A stretch of 61,687 nucleotides of DNA, filler included, from 6 parts of 6 records of this genome joined end to end with filler, not necessarily neighbours in it; one strand, 5' to 3'; counted from the first letter of the whole stretch, positions 28,103 through 39,103 are shown. Translations and numbers: made by a program. Notes: generated by a model not told the origin, from the sequence alone.

Positions 28103-28525
28103 CTTCTTGGTGGTCCTTCCCATGCATATGGCAGTGAACTTCGGTCACTTATAGAAGCTGATGTAGTTGTACCTGAATTTGCTAACGTGGGCAATGCAGT
28201 TGGAGCCCTTGCAGGTAAGGGTGTAAAGAGGATAGAAATAATGATAATGCCAGCTTCCATAGAGTGTCCGGATGAGGATTTTCTTGTATTTTCACCGGTT
28301 GGAAGGGAACGTTTCCAGAGGTATGCAGAAGCAGTTGAATTTGCTACAAAACTTGGAACCGAACTTGTACTTAACTATGAGATACGCTGTGGAATATTGA
28401 AAGAGGACACAAAGATAAGTGTGTCCAGAAAGGTAACATCACCTGACAACTGGTCCCATCCTCCTCTGGAAACAAAACTTACTGTGGTGGGCATTGGCAA
28501 TCCTATGATGATACTGAAAGATTAG
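28103..28525 (+). CDS. hydantoinase/oxoprolinase family protein, 3' part
   Basis: Open from the contig start: LLGGPSHAY...VVVPEFANVGNAVGA, typical of the hydantoinase A family C-terminal region. Confidence 0.75.
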   Translation, partial: LLGGPSHAYGSELRSLIEADVVVPEFANVGNAVGALAGKGVKRIEIMIMPASIECPDEDFLVFSPVGRERFQRYAEAVEFATKLGTELVLNYEIRCGILKEDTKISVSRKVTSPDNWSHPPLETKLTVVGIGNPMMILKD

Positions 28526-31307
28526 CTGAAATTATGTTTCCTTTTAAAGGGAGTGTGACATGTACTTTTGTTCCCACTCCTTCAGTACTTTCTATCCAGA
28601 GTTTTCCACCATGGTCCTCTGTTATTCTTTTGCAGATATTAAGCCCGATACCAGCTCCTCCGTACTTTCGTGCCAGAGAACTATCAAGCTGGTAAAAACT
28701 GTCAAATGTCTTCATGATCTTGGTTTCAGGTATGCCTATACCTGTGTCTTCTATGATGATATGGACCTTGTCATGCTCAACAGTTCCGTAGAGGGATAGT
28801 TTCCCTTCGGACTGTGTGAATTTGAAGGCATTATCAATTAAATGAATAAACAGTTCAGTTAGGTAATCTGAATCTCCCATTATAAGGGGAAGATTTTCAG
28901 GCAGCCTGTTTTCCACGGTGATTTTTTTGTCATTATTTTCAATAGAAATTATTGACAGTGATTTATCTATTACAGATTTAATAGCTACGCTATTAAAATC
29001 ATAAATGTAATTCTTTGCTCCCAGCGAACTCATAAAAAGCAGGGACTCTATCAGGCGTTTTAAGTGAGTGGAATTAGTGTTGACTACATTCATTGCCTTT
29101 TTCTGTTCTTTATTAAGTGGGCCGAGAACCTCATCTCCTACCAGTTCACTAAAACCCAGGATTGAAATAAGGGGTGTTTTAAGTTCATGGCTCATGGTGG
29201 AAAGGAAGTTATTTTTAAGCTCATCAAGGGATTGTAGTTCATCATTTGCCATGGATAATTCAGTGTTTATATCCGTAAGTTTCCGGTTTGATCTTGTAAG
29301 TTCATCTTCTGATTGTTTAAGTAATATCATTCCAGCCATCATCTGGGCGATGAGTGCTAATTGCCTTGCATCGGAAATTGTGTAATTATCTTCTTTGTTT
29401 GCCACAGCTGCAAAACCCACGACTTCATTTTCATTGAAGATAGGAACTACAAGAAGAGATCTTATTGAAAGTTTCTTAAATAAAACAGCATCTTTACTAG
29501 CTATTTCATCTAAAGGTCCATTGATGATAACTGTTTTTTTCCCGGCATTAAATTTTGGCCATATGCTGGTATTTTCAAACATTGACAGAAAGAGATCTTC
29601 ATTGATATTGTTCATTGTAAATAGATCTTCAGGACATGTGCCTGTACAAAGTGCCTGGTCTTTCTCATCGAAAAATGCAAGAATACCTGTAGCACTTTTT
29701 GTCAGTTTTACTCCTTCATTAAGCGCAAAAGATTTTATCTCATCTACTGAGAATATATTCATCTGGCTTAATTCATGCAGTGTCTCAAGGCATGATTCAT
29801 CAAGCATCAGTGCTTCTTCTGTTCTTTTCAGTTCGGTAAGGTCATTAAGGACAATAATAATTCCATTGCTAGTTCTGGTAAAATAGAATGCAATCTGTTT
29901 TTTAGTTCCATCTTTACATGTTAATGTCCATTCACCGCAAAAACCGGTTTCTTTCTCTTTGGATAAATTCTCCCATCCCTTCTTTGCTCTGTCCCTATCC
30001 TTTTCGTCTGGATACAATCTTTCCAACCATTTTTCAAGAATAGGGACATCTTCTATGGTGTATCCAAGCATTTCAGTGAGTCTGTTATTGATATATTGGA
30101 AGTTCCATTCCAGATCTATTATTGCAATGGGTAGCGGAGAGCTATCAATCAGTTTTTTGAAGATATCTTCTTTTTCTTTCAGTGCTCTTTCCGTTTCTTT
30201 GATCTCAGTGATATCATGGGCAATTTCAAGTCTTACATCGCGCCCGTCAGGCCATTTAATAATCCTGTCTGAAATAATAAAATCCCTTTCTGAAACCGGA
30301 TTGTGATATTCCCATATATGCGTTTTATTCTTGCTTTTGAGAATAATGGGATTTGTGCAAAAGTCACAGGGTTTGTTGTTTTTTTGTAGTATTTCATAGC
30401 ATTTTTTCCCAACTGCTTCCTTATCAATAAGCTTTCTGAGTCGATTATTTACATAAAGTATTTCGTGGGTATAGGGATCTGAGACATAGACTGGCTCTTC
30501 GATACTGTCAAAGACCGAAAGCAACTGTTTTCTTTCAATACTTAACTTTTCAATTACTGTTTTTTCTTCCAGTGCCATTCCTAGTATATTCCCAAAAGTC
30601 CTGAGAATTTCTATTTCTTTACCACTCCAGTCACGTTTTTCACCGATACTAGCAAAACCCACAAATCCTGAAATTTTTCTTTCAACGAAAAATGGGATTA
30701 ATAATAGTGATTTTGTGCCCTGTTTTTTAAATAATTCTTTTTCAGCATCGTATTGAGATGGAAGTTCGTCCAGATCATTGATATTGAAAATTTTGTCTCT
30801 GTAAAGGGATTTTGTCCAGAAGGAATAATTTGCGACCTCAAAATTTCTGAACATATCTTTTTGAGATTTGATTCCTCCACCGAACCATTCATGAGTTTTG
30901 TCAGCAAACTTCCCTTCTGGCTGCAATTTGAAAATGAAGATGTGGTCTGCATTGCATAACCGTCCAAGTAATGAAAGTGATTCATTTATTTTTTCATCAA
31001 GATTATCTGAAAAGGAAAGTAAAGAGGAAATCTGTGATAGTGTACTTAGAATCCTGTATTTTGCCAAAAGGCTTTCATTGGAATCTGCATTTTTTAGAGA
31101 TGCAGATTCATGATCAGTTTTCATCTCTTTGGTTATTAAAATGTGTAATATAAAGAAGAAAATAAGGAGTATTGAAAATAGCAGATAATCAGAATCTCCT
31201 TTTTTCTGATAAAAATATGTATGGAGCAGCATTGTGATAGCAGCTATAAAGAAAGCAAAATAAAGAATAGATAGCTTGTTTCTTAATATATTTTTCATTT
31301 TTATCAC
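28503..31307 (-). CDS. membrane sensor histidine kinase (2 TM, GAF, PAS, PAS, GAF, HisKA, HATPase)
   Basis: MSHELKTPL H-box, LIDNAFKF, DTGIGI and GAGIGL motifs. The start may be ATG at 31298. Architecture common in Methanosarcinaceae. Confidence 0.92.
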   Translation of the reverse strand: MIKMKNILRNKLSILYFAFFIAAITMLLHTYFYQKKGDSDYLLFSILLIFFFILHILITKEMKTDHESASLKNADSNESLLAKYRILSTLSQISSLLSFSDNLDEKINESLSLLGRLCNADHIFIFKLQPEGKFADKTHEWFGGGIKSQKDMFRNFEVANYSFWTKSLYRDKIFNINDLDELPSQYDAEKELFKKQGTKSLLLIPFFVERKISGFVGFASIGEKRDWSGKEIEILRTFGNILGMALEEKTVIEKLSIERKQLLSVFDSIEEPVYVSDPYTHEILYVNNRLRKLIDKEAVGKKCYEILQKNNKPCDFCTNPIILKSKNKTHIWEYHNPVSERDFIISDRIIKWPDGRDVRLEIAHDITEIKETERALKEKEDIFKKLIDSSPLPIAIIDLEWNFQYINNRLTEMLGYTIEDVPILEKWLERLYPDEKDRDRAKKGWENLSKEKETGFCGEWTLTCKDGTKKQIAFYFTRTSNGIIIVLNDLTELKRTEEALMLDESCLETLHELSQMNIFSVDEIKSFALNEGVKLTKSATGILAFFDEKDQALCTGTCPEDLFTMNNINEDLFLSMFENTSIWPKFNAGKKTVIINGPLDEIASKDAVLFKKLSIRSLLVVPIFNENEVVGFAAVANKEDNYTISDARQLALIAQMMAGMILLKQSEDELTRSNRKLTDINTELSMANDELQSLDELKNNFLSTMSHELKTPLISILGFSELVGDEVLGPLNKEQKKAMNVVNTNSTHLKRLIESLLFMSSLGAKNYIYDFNSVAIKSVIDKSLSIISIENNDKKITVENRLPENLPLIMGDSDYLTELFIHLIDNAFKFTQSEGKLSLYGTVEHDKVHIIIEDTGIGIPETKIMKTFDSFYQLDSSLARKYGGAGIGLNICKRITEDHGGKLWIESTEGVGTKVHVTLPLKGNIISANLSVSS

Positions 31308-31539
31308 AATTAGATATGTATAAATACGCAGGCTGCTTTGACATTGTAATGTTTTTACAGCAAGTTGCTTCCTTCTATTATATAAAGTTTTTTAAATGAT
31401 CTCTCTTTAATGCTGCCAACGTGCCGTGTTTTTAATTTATTCCTTTGCTGTAATTAAATTTTAATATCCTGTTGAATATTAGACGCAATCTTTTTATTCG
31501 GCTTCAGCTTTTCTCTTTGTCGAAAGGAAAAAGCAATAT

Positions 31540-32298
31540 ATGCAGATTGCCACAAATAGTAATATGCAGAGATTTATTGAACTTCTGGAAAACTCCGATT
31601 ATTGTGTATTTCTGAGTGGAGCAGGCATATCTACTTTGTCCGGTATTCCTGATTTCAGGGGGAGTAATGGGCTTTACACAAAATATGATGCTGACAGGAT
31701 ATTTGATATCGAGTACTTCCGCAAGTATCCTTCCTATTTTTATACGCATGCACGGGACTTCATCTATGATCTTGATAAAAAAGAGCCTAATATAATTCAT
31801 AAAACCCTGAGTCATCTCGAAAAAGAAGGATATGTAAAAGCTCTTATGACCCAGAACATTGATCTTCTGCATCAGAAAGCGGGTTCATCAGATGTTATCG
31901 AAATCCATGGCTCGCCTTCTATTCATAGCTGTCTTTCCTGTAACAGAAAATATTCATATGACGATATCTGCAAAATCCTGAAAAAAGAAGAGGTGCCCCA
32001 TTGCAGTGAATGTGGGGGATTGATTAAACCTGATATCACTTTTTTTGGTGAAATGCTTGATCAGGAAATATTTACAAAGGCTATTAATGAAAGTTCTAAA
32101 GCTGATTTATTCGTAGTTATAGGATCGTCGCTTGTAGTACAACCGGCGGCTAGTCTCCCAATGCTTTCCTTAAAGTCCGGTGGCAGGCTTGTTATTGTTA
32201 ATGATACGGCAACACCACTGGACAGTAATGCTTACCTTAAATACAACGACCTTAGTGAATTCTTCAGCTATCTGTCTGATCATTTCAGGGAGAGATAG
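31540..32298 (+). CDS. cobB: NAD-dependent protein deacylase, sirtuin family
   Basis: GAGIST.SGIPDFRG, TQNID, HGS, two CxxC zinc pairs and GSSL; start possibly at 31564. Confidence 0.92.
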   Translation: MQIATNSNMQRFIELLENSDYCVFLSGAGISTLSGIPDFRGSNGLYTKYDADRIFDIEYFRKYPSYFYTHARDFIYDLDKKEPNIIHKTLSHLEKEGYVKALMTQNIDLLHQKAGSSDVIEIHGSPSIHSCLSCNRKYSYDDICKILKKEEVPHCSECGGLIKPDITFFGEMLDQEIFTKAINESSKADLFVVIGSSLVVQPAASLPMLSLKSGGRLVIVNDTATPLDSNAYLKYNDLSEFFSYLSDHFRER

Positions 32299-32534
32299 TA
32301 CTCCTTCAAGGTTTTTTTATCATCGTTGGATAAATAGTGCCATCGTTTGCCCTGAATTGCACCTTCAAGAGCATAGAGTTTATTGATACATGAAGTTTCA
32401 TCTATGACTGCCAGTCTTTCAAATGCTTTCCTGCTTCCCAGCTCCAAAAGCTCGGCGGGCGTACTTACGCCAGCCTGTTCTAGTTCTTCTTCTACCTTTT
32501 TACCTATTTTTGGGAGCTTTGAAAATTCATCCAT
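32280..32534 (-). CDS. TfoX/Sxy C-terminal domain protein
   Basis: LPKIGKKVEEEL..AGV HhH-like motif, LYALEGAIQGKRW. Confidence 0.88.
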   Translation of the reverse strand: MDEFSKLPKIGKKVEEELEQAGVSTPAELLELGSRKAFERLAVIDETSCINKLYALEGAIQGKRWHYLSNDDKKTLKEYYLSLK

Positions 32535-32547
32535 AGTTCAGTCACTT

Positions 32548-33276
32548 TTAGTAACTTCCCGTAGCATCTACAAGGATAAAGGAGCAGTCTGTGTCTGCCT
32601 TTAATACAAGTTCATCGTCATGATTTATACGAATCTGTTCGTTTGCCGCAGCTTTTCCTCCGCATACTGAGATTTCGTCTTCATCTCCACAGACTGAAAG
32701 TTCACCTTCAAGCACGTAGATCAAAATATATCTTGATGAGTCTGTTAGCAGTTCTATCCTTTTTCCCTTCTCAAGCTTTGACATAAAAACAGATGAGTTG
32801 GCACGCAGCTTAATAGCGCCGGGATATCCCTGACCTGCAACAGCAACCAGTTCATTAGGTTTTGAGTTTGCATTAAAGTTTGCTTTTCTGCATGCAGGTT
32901 CCATGTTCTGTCTTAGTGGATCGATCCATACCCTGCAGAAGCGTGTATCTTTGCCTGACATGTTCATTCCTGAAAAAGAAACACCAGTACCTGCGGACAG
33001 AACCTGCACATCGCCAGCTTTTAGCACATCTTTTATTCCAGTACTGTCCTCGTGTGTAAGTTCTCCTTCCAGAACAAAAGTGAGTATTTCCTTGTCGTTA
33101 ACTGATTCGGTCTTGAATGACTTTCCTGCTTTTAATGTGTCATCATTAAAAACTTTAATATCTCCAAAATGAGTATTTTCCATATCAAGGTAATCCGAAT
33201 AGGAAAAAAGCCAGTAGCTGTGCTGTGTTTCATTTTCTACAAGATGCCTTTCATCTGATCTGACTATCTTTATCAT
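32548..33276 (-). CDS. pirin-family (YhhW-like) bicupin, metal ligands absent
   Basis: Likely start ATG 33276 (MIKIVRSDERH); FSYSDY, EILTFVLEGELTHEDSTG, GDVQVLSAGTG and WIDP motifs. Confidence 0.85.
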   Translation of the reverse strand: MIKIVRSDERHLVENETQHSYWLFSYSDYLDMENTHFGDIKVFNDDTLKAGKSFKTESVNDKEILTFVLEGELTHEDSTGIKDVLKAGDVQVLSAGTGVSFSGMNMSGKDTRFCRVWIDPLRQNMEPACRKANFNANSKPNELVAVAGQGYPGAIKLRANSSVFMSKLEKGKRIELLTDSSRYILIYVLEGELSVCGDEDEISVCGGKAAANEQIRINHDDELVLKADTDCSFILVDATGSY

Positions 33277-33462
33277 ATTTCTCTTCCTGGTTTTTAGTCT
33301 AAACTTGAAATCAGGGTCAAAGTATTTGATTGTTATGCAGGTTAATTGAATTTCACGCAAACTGCCAGGCATTTTACAGATTAAACTCAAGGCAACATTA
33401 AGCAGAAATTTTCAATTCGAATGTAAAGCAATAAAAGATTAAAAAAGAATTTGGTATGCCGC

Positions 33463-33966
33463 TTATTCTGTAGCAGCGGCACATTCAAACACAAGTTCAA
33501 GTACACCGTTTTTGTAACTTGCAACCATGCTTGCAGGATCAACTTCCTGTGGAAGGTCAATAACCCTTGAATATCCGGTACCTGGCGTTATAACGGTAAG
33601 TTCAACGTTAGACTCACAGGGGTGATATTCTATCTGTTCCTCTTCCGCCCCAAGATCTGCCAGCATGAATACTTTACCTTCAAATTCGTAGATGTCAATG
33701 AACGGTTCCTGTTTGAAAAGATAAAAATCTCCCTCACGTTCCTGTTCATACTCTTCGGGTTCAGGTTCATTCTGAGCCTTGAATCCAAAGGCAACCGGCT
33801 TTTTTCCTGGCTGGTTAATAAATGTAAAACCATGAATTACAGGTTTCCCAGCATTTGGTCCCAAACTGGATGCGAACATTTCCATAATGTGGTCTATAAG
33901 TTCGTCTATGCTGGTTATTTCATCGTGCGAGTCATCATCACCTGAGTGATGATCTTTTTCGTTCAT
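33463..33966 (-). CDS. Hsp20/alpha-crystallin-like protein (archaeal type)
   Basis: EPFIDI...ADLG...IDLP..VDP...ASYKNGVLEL. Confidence 0.75.
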   Translation of the reverse strand: MNEKDHHSGDDDSHDEITSIDELIDHIMEMFASSLGPNAGKPVIHGFTFINQPGKKPVAFGFKAQNEPEPEEYEQEREGDFYLFKQEPFIDIYEFEGKVFMLADLGAEEEQIEYHPCESNVELTVITPGTGYSRVIDLPQEVDPASMVASYKNGVLELVFECAAATE

Positions 33967-34205
33967 TTCTGTATCCTCTTTTTTTAAAATATGCTATTCG
34001 ACAACTGTCCTCTGCAATTTAAATGTACCATGTAACCCCTAATTGTTCTAATATATGCGAACAAGTGTTATAAATATTCTCCGTTCTAAAAAAAAGAAGA
34101 GTGTAATGTTCCTGGTAACTACTCTCCCCGGACTTTTCCAATCAACTATTTATCTGTGAAAAGAGTTTAAAGGAAGCATATTAAAGGATAAACGAAGGGA
34201 GAACA

Positions 34206-34895
34206 ATGGTGTCAAAAGAACTTCCATTTACAAAGGATAAGATCGAAGAGATTATTGAAAAGCACCCAACCCCTTTTCATGTATACGATGAGAAGGCAAT
34301 CATCAGCAATGCAAGGAAACTTAAGGAAGCATTCAGCCAGGTGAACGGTTTTAAGGAATATTTTGCCGTAAAAGCACTGCCAAATCCTTATATTATGAAG
34401 CTTCTCAAGGCTGAGGGTTTTGGTGCTGACTGTAGTTCTCTCCCTGAGCTTCTGCTTGCGGAAAAAACAGGTATTGTAGGTGAGAACATAATGTTTAGTT
34501 CCAATGACACTCCTGCTGAGGAGTTCATTAAGGCAAAAGAACTTGGAGCCATCATTAATCTTGATGACATAAACCACATAGAATACCTTGAAGAAATCGC
34601 CGGACTTCCTGATATAGTCTGCTGCCGCTACAATCCGGGACCTCTTAAGGAAGGAAACACCATTATTGGTAACCCTGAAGAAGCGAAGTATGGTTTTACC
34701 AGAGAGCAGCTCTTTGAAGGTTATCGCATAATGAAGGAAAAAGGCGTCAAAAGGTTCGGTATGCATACCATGGTGGCTTCCAATGAACTTGATCCACAAT
34801 ATTTCATTGAGACAGCAAAGATACTGTTCGAGCTTATAGCGGAGATTTCCACTGAGCTTGATATCAAATTTGAGTTTGTAAATCTTGGCGGTGGA
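34206..34895 (+). CDS. lysA: diaminopimelate decarboxylase, 5' part
   Basis: PTPFHVYDE, YFAVKALPN (PLP lysine), AKYG and VNLGGG motifs; truncated by the linker. Confidence 0.93.
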
Positions 34896-34995
34896 NNNNN
34901 NNNNNNNNNNNNNNNNNNNNNNNNNNNNNNNNNNNNNNNTTAATTAATTAANNNNNNNNNNNNNNNNNNNNNNNNNNNNNNNNNNNNNNNNNNNN
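34896..34995. other. artificial contig linker
   Basis: 44 N + TTAATTAATTAA + 44 N. Confidence 0.99.
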
Positions 34996-35128
34996 TGAAA
35001 TAAATTCGCATGCCATTTATTTAATGGAGAAAAAACAATTTATGTATACCAGTGGTTTGGTAGTTCTTCTTTCAATAGTTTTAATTTACCTGTTAAGTTT
35101 AAACTGGTTCCGCTCTGGCCGAAAATAA
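34996..35128 (+). CDS. 3' fragment of a membrane protein
   Basis: Frame from 34997: EINSHAIYLMEKKQFMYTSGLVVLLSIVLIYLLSLNWFRSGRK*, containing one TM segment. Confidence 0.45.
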
Positions 35129-35204
35129 TCAGCTATTCATCGAAATATTAAATGTCTTCAACTTTAAAAAACTATTTTTACCTGAAAATTAATAAGCTAA
35201 ACAC

Positions 35205-35687
35205 ATGGATTATCTATTAATTGGATTTGGAATAATTTTAATTATTAGTGGAATTTTAGGGTGTGTACTTCCTATAATTCCCGGTCCGCCATTAAGTTAC
35301 GTGGGATTGCTTTTATTGCATTTTACCGAGAAGTACCAGTTTTCGTCGCGATTCCTGATTATTTGGGCAATTATAACTGTAGTAGTTTATGCACTCGATT
35401 ATATAATTCCGGCCTGGGGAACCAAAAAATTTGGTGGAAGTAAACGTGGTATTTGGGGAAGCATAATCGGCCTGGTTATCGGGCTGTTCTTTTTCCCGCC
35501 AATTGGAATAATTATCGGGCCATTTTTAGGTGCTGTAATTGGCGAATTAACATCTGGTAAAGACTCGGGAGCAGCGCTAAAATCCGGATTTGGTTCATTT
35601 CTCGGATTTCTTGTTGGAACTCTTTTAAAACTGATAACATCGGGAATGATGACCTGGTATTTTATTAAAGAAATGATTGTACTTTAG
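35205..35687 (+). CDS. DUF456 family membrane protein
   Basis: LPIIPGPPL, GTKKFGGSKRG and GPFLGAVIGE motifs. Confidence 0.88.
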   Translation: MDYLLIGFGIILIISGILGCVLPIIPGPPLSYVGLLLLHFTEKYQFSSRFLIIWAIITVVVYALDYIIPAWGTKKFGGSKRGIWGSIIGLVIGLFFFPPIGIIIGPFLGAVIGELTSGKDSGAALKSGFGSFLGFLVGTLLKLITSGMMTWYFIKEMIVL

Positions 35688-35766
35688 CATTACCGACAAA
35701 GAAAAAAATCAAATAAAAAGAACAAGAATATTAAGTACTAAAAATCATTTCTTTTAGTTATTATCA

Positions 35767-35774
35767 TAGTTTTG
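35767..35774 (+). promoter_or_regulatory. Bacteroidota -7 promoter element
   Basis: TAGTTTTG(CA) just upstream of the PBP start. Confidence 0.55.
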
Positions 35775-35788
35775 CATTTTATTCAACT

Positions 35789-38188
35789 ATGGCAAAAAAG
35801 AAAACATCAACTTCGGCACCAAAAAGAAAACCAGCAGTCAGAAAAAAACCGGTTAGAAAAAAGCAAACTCAAAAACGTAAATATTTACTATTTTTTGGAA
35901 AAGCAGTTGCTTTGTTTTTTCTGTTGGGATGTTTGTTTTTCATTTTGGTTTTTCTTGGTATTTTGGGTCCTGTTCCTTCTTCATATCAGTTAAAACAAAT
36001 AAGTACACCCGTGGCTTCCGAAGTATTTTCGGCCGATGGAAAAGTTTTGGGTAGATATTATGTTGAAAACCGCAGCAACGTAAGTTTCGATGAGATTTCA
36101 CCTAATGTTATAAATGCGTTAATTGCCACTGAAGATGCACGTTTTTACGAGCATCGTGGAATCGATGAAATTGCACTCATGCGTGTATTGGTAAAATCAA
36201 TTATCCTTCAAAAAAGCAATTCGGGAGGTGGAAGTACCTTAAGCCAGCAAATTGCAAAAAATCTATTTCCTCGGGGAAATCTGGGGCCACTTTCGTTACC
36301 TGTAAACAAACTACGCGAAGGCATAATTGCATACCGTTTAGAACGTATTTATACAAAACATGAAATTTTGGCCATGTATTTAAATACGGTGCCTTTTTCG
36401 GAAAATATATTTGGAATTGAAGTTGCCGCTGAACGTTATTTTTCAAAAAAACCATCGCAATTAAATCTGCCTGAAGCAGCTGTTTTAGTAGGAATGCTAA
36501 AAGCCGAAAACTATTATAATCCGAGAAGAAATCCGGAACATGCAACACAACGACGGAATGTGGTTATAAATCAAATGTTGAAATATGAATATATTACAGC
36601 CGAAGAGGCAGAAAAATACAAGGCAAGTCCGTTAAAATTAAATTACCGCGTTATATCATATAATCAGGGCCCTGCTCCTTATTTTCTCGAACTTCTCGAA
36701 CCACAACTTATAAAATGGTGTAAAAACCATACCAACGAAGATGGAGAAAATTACAATTTATATACCGACGGTTTAAAAATAAAAACCACAGTCGATTATA
36801 ACCTGCAGTACTATGCACAGCAATCGGTAAAAGAATACATGAAAAACCTGCAAAATGTATTCGATAATCACTGGAAAAACCGCGATATTTTTAAAGAAAA
36901 TCCGGAAATAATAAAAAGTGCCATTCAACGCATCGAATCGCAAAAAGGAAATGGTTCAACCAATTACAATGAAAAACTGGAAAATTACAATCGAAAAACC
37001 AATGCACATTTATTTACATGGAATGGAATTCAGGATACTAATATTACCCGGCTCGATTCGTTAAAACATTACTTGAAACTGCTCAATGCAGGATTTATGG
37101 CTGTCGATCCTAAAAACGGGAATTTAAAAGCCTGGGTTGGTGGAATTGATTTTCGTTTCTTTAAATACGACCATGTAAAAGCCCCGCGGCAAACAGGCTC
37201 AACATTTAAACCGTTTGTATACCTGGCTGCACTGGAAAATGGTGTTGAAGCAGATCGGTATTTTGAAAATAAATATAGAATTTACGATGAATACCAGGAC
37301 TGGGCACCCAGAAATTCGCACGACGAATATGGTGGCTTTTATACCATGAAAGGCGCATTGGCAAAATCGTTAAATACGGTTTCGGTTGATGTACTTTTTG
37401 AAGCCGGAATTTCAAATACCATCGATGTTGCAGAAAAATTAGGGATTAGTGCTGAACTCACAAATTATCCGAGTTTAGCACTGGGAGTGGCATCCATTTC
37501 GTTGCAGGAAATTGTGGAAGCGTATGCCGGAATTGTTAACGACGGCGTACCTGTTAAAACCAATTATTTGTTGGAAATTTCCGACCGTAAAGGGAAAATA
37601 CTGGAAACTTTTCAATATCCACTTGAAAAGCCTTCTGGAATTTCACCCGAAAACTGCAGGGCTCTTCTGCAAATGATGGAGTCGGCAGTAGATGACGGAA
37701 CTGGCCGGGGAATTCGTACAATCTATAAAATTGAAGGCGATTTTGCCGGAAAAACAGGAACAACTCAGAATAATTCGGATGGTTGGTTTGTTGGAATAAC
37801 ACCCAATTTAGTTACAGGCTGCTGGGTAGGCGCCGACGATCCCCGTGTTCATTTTAGAACCACCACGTACGGGCAAGGTGCATACATGGCTCTACCAATT
37901 GTAGGAAAGTTTTTTCATAAAACGTATAACGACCCTAAATATAAATCGTTGCAATATAATTCCTTTAACCTGCCTTCGAACGAAATGATTGCCATGCTTG
38001 AAATGCCTAAGTATAAAGAAGTTTTTGAAATAGATAAAAAGCCATTTGATTTGGCCGGGATTTTTGGTAAAAAAGATGATGACTCCCAATTAAAGGAAAG
38101 AAGGAAGAGAACTGATGAAACTTCAACAAAAAAAGACAGACCTATTTGGACTGCCATTAAAAATATTTTTAAAAAGAAAAATAAATAA
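35789..38188 (+). CDS. class A penicillin-binding protein (PBP1A-like)
   Basis: Transglycosylase EDARFYEHRG and GGSTLSQQIAKN; transpeptidase STFK, SLN and KTGT motifs. Confidence 0.95.
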   Translation: MAKKKTSTSAPKRKPAVRKKPVRKKQTQKRKYLLFFGKAVALFFLLGCLFFILVFLGILGPVPSSYQLKQISTPVASEVFSADGKVLGRYYVENRSNVSFDEISPNVINALIATEDARFYEHRGIDEIALMRVLVKSIILQKSNSGGGSTLSQQIAKNLFPRGNLGPLSLPVNKLREGIIAYRLERIYTKHEILAMYLNTVPFSENIFGIEVAAERYFSKKPSQLNLPEAAVLVGMLKAENYYNPRRNPEHATQRRNVVINQMLKYEYITAEEAEKYKASPLKLNYRVISYNQGPAPYFLELLEPQLIKWCKNHTNEDGENYNLYTDGLKIKTTVDYNLQYYAQQSVKEYMKNLQNVFDNHWKNRDIFKENPEIIKSAIQRIESQKGNGSTNYNEKLENYNRKTNAHLFTWNGIQDTNITRLDSLKHYLKLLNAGFMAVDPKNGNLKAWVGGIDFRFFKYDHVKAPRQTGSTFKPFVYLAALENGVEADRYFENKYRIYDEYQDWAPRNSHDEYGGFYTMKGALAKSLNTVSVDVLFEAGISNTIDVAEKLGISAELTNYPSLALGVASISLQEIVEAYAGIVNDGVPVKTNYLLEISDRKGKILETFQYPLEKPSGISPENCRALLQMMESAVDDGTGRGIRTIYKIEGDFAGKTGTTQNNSDGWFVGITPNLVTGCWVGADDPRVHFRTTTYGQGAYMALPIVGKFFHKTYNDPKYKSLQYNSFNLPSNEMIAMLEMPKYKEVFEIDKKPFDLAGIFGKKDDDSQLKERRKRTDETSTKKDRPIWTAIKNIFKKKNK

Positions 38189-38276
38189 ACGGTTGTATCT
38201 GACTTAAATTAAAAGCTCATTTTCTTTACAGATAAATTTGATACTACCCTTACTATTATTTCATTTCGACCGTTTT

Positions 38277-38942
38277 TTAAAATGTATATTCTACTCCGAA
38301 ATTAATTGTCTTTCTTGTAAATTTATTTTCATTTCCTGAAACAAATTCTTTAAAATAATAGTTATATCCCGGTGTTAAAGTAAAGCCCAGGTTTTTATTG
38401 AGTTTATACTTTGCAATTACCGATAAATTAGCGCCTGCATTTGCATCGTGATACTGATCGGTTAGTACGCTAAAATTATTCATGTTGGAAGTTCCGTCAA
38501 CATGATAATTCCGGTGTACATCGCCAACAATAAATTCACTAATAATTCCAGGTGATACAAAAAGTTGAAATCTGTTTTTATTGAGCAAAAGAAAATCCAG
38601 ATTTAAGTTCAAATTTAATGTGTTCAGTTTAGTTTCTGTTTTATCGAAATCGGTATAAACATCGCTCCAATCCATTCCGTATTTCATTTCTGAATACCTA
38701 AACTCTGCACGAGGCCTGATTCTGGAAGTTAGAAAATATGAAACATTTACTCCTGTTGTAAAGTGTAAATCACCTTCAAAATAGTTAAAATTATTTGCAT
38801 CGGAGGAAAACCTGTAACCATTTGTATTTTGCCCGACTCCCACATTAAATCCAAACGAAACATTGGATTTTTCATTTTCCTGAGACAATCCTGTTGTTAT
38901 TAATAACACCAGATTTAGTAAAACCAAACTAAATTTTTTCAT
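38277..38942 (-). CDS. outer membrane beta-barrel protein (porin-like)
   Basis: Signal peptide, alternating beta-strands, C-terminal FGVEYTF. Confidence 0.8.
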   Translation of the reverse strand: MKKFSLVLLNLVLLITTGLSQENEKSNVSFGFNVGVGQNTNGYRFSSDANNFNYFEGDLHFTTGVNVSYFLTSRIRPRAEFRYSEMKYGMDWSDVYTDFDKTETKLNTLNLNLNLDFLLLNKNRFQLFVSPGIISEFIVGDVHRNYHVDGTSNMNNFSVLTDQYHDANAGANLSVIAKYKLNKNLGFTLTPGYNYYFKEFVSGNENKFTRKTINFGVEYTF

Positions 38943-39103
38943 GACTATTTATTAATTAAAATATGAATAAGAGCCGGAAATTAGCCAGAATAGAAATTAC
39001 AAATAATTATTTTAGACCAATGGTGATCTTTTATAGATACAGAGCGGTTTTTAACTGAATTTAACAGAACAAAAAAAGGTATTAATACAGGCTTTTTCAC
39101 AAT

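Noticed and set aside
27325-28525. Linking the radical SAM gene to the downstream hydantoinase-family gene
   Set aside because: They are separated by an artificial linker and come from different organisms
31540-32298. Sirtuin as a Thoeris/DSR-type anti-phage NADase
   Set aside because: It has canonical deacylase motifs with the zinc ribbon, a standard length, and no defence neighbours
28523-32298. TAG stops (28523-28525, 32296-32298) as pyrrolysine read-through in the methanogen contig
   Set aside because: Both proteins appear complete at the TAG. Read-through adds only about a dozen residues inside a convergent gene.
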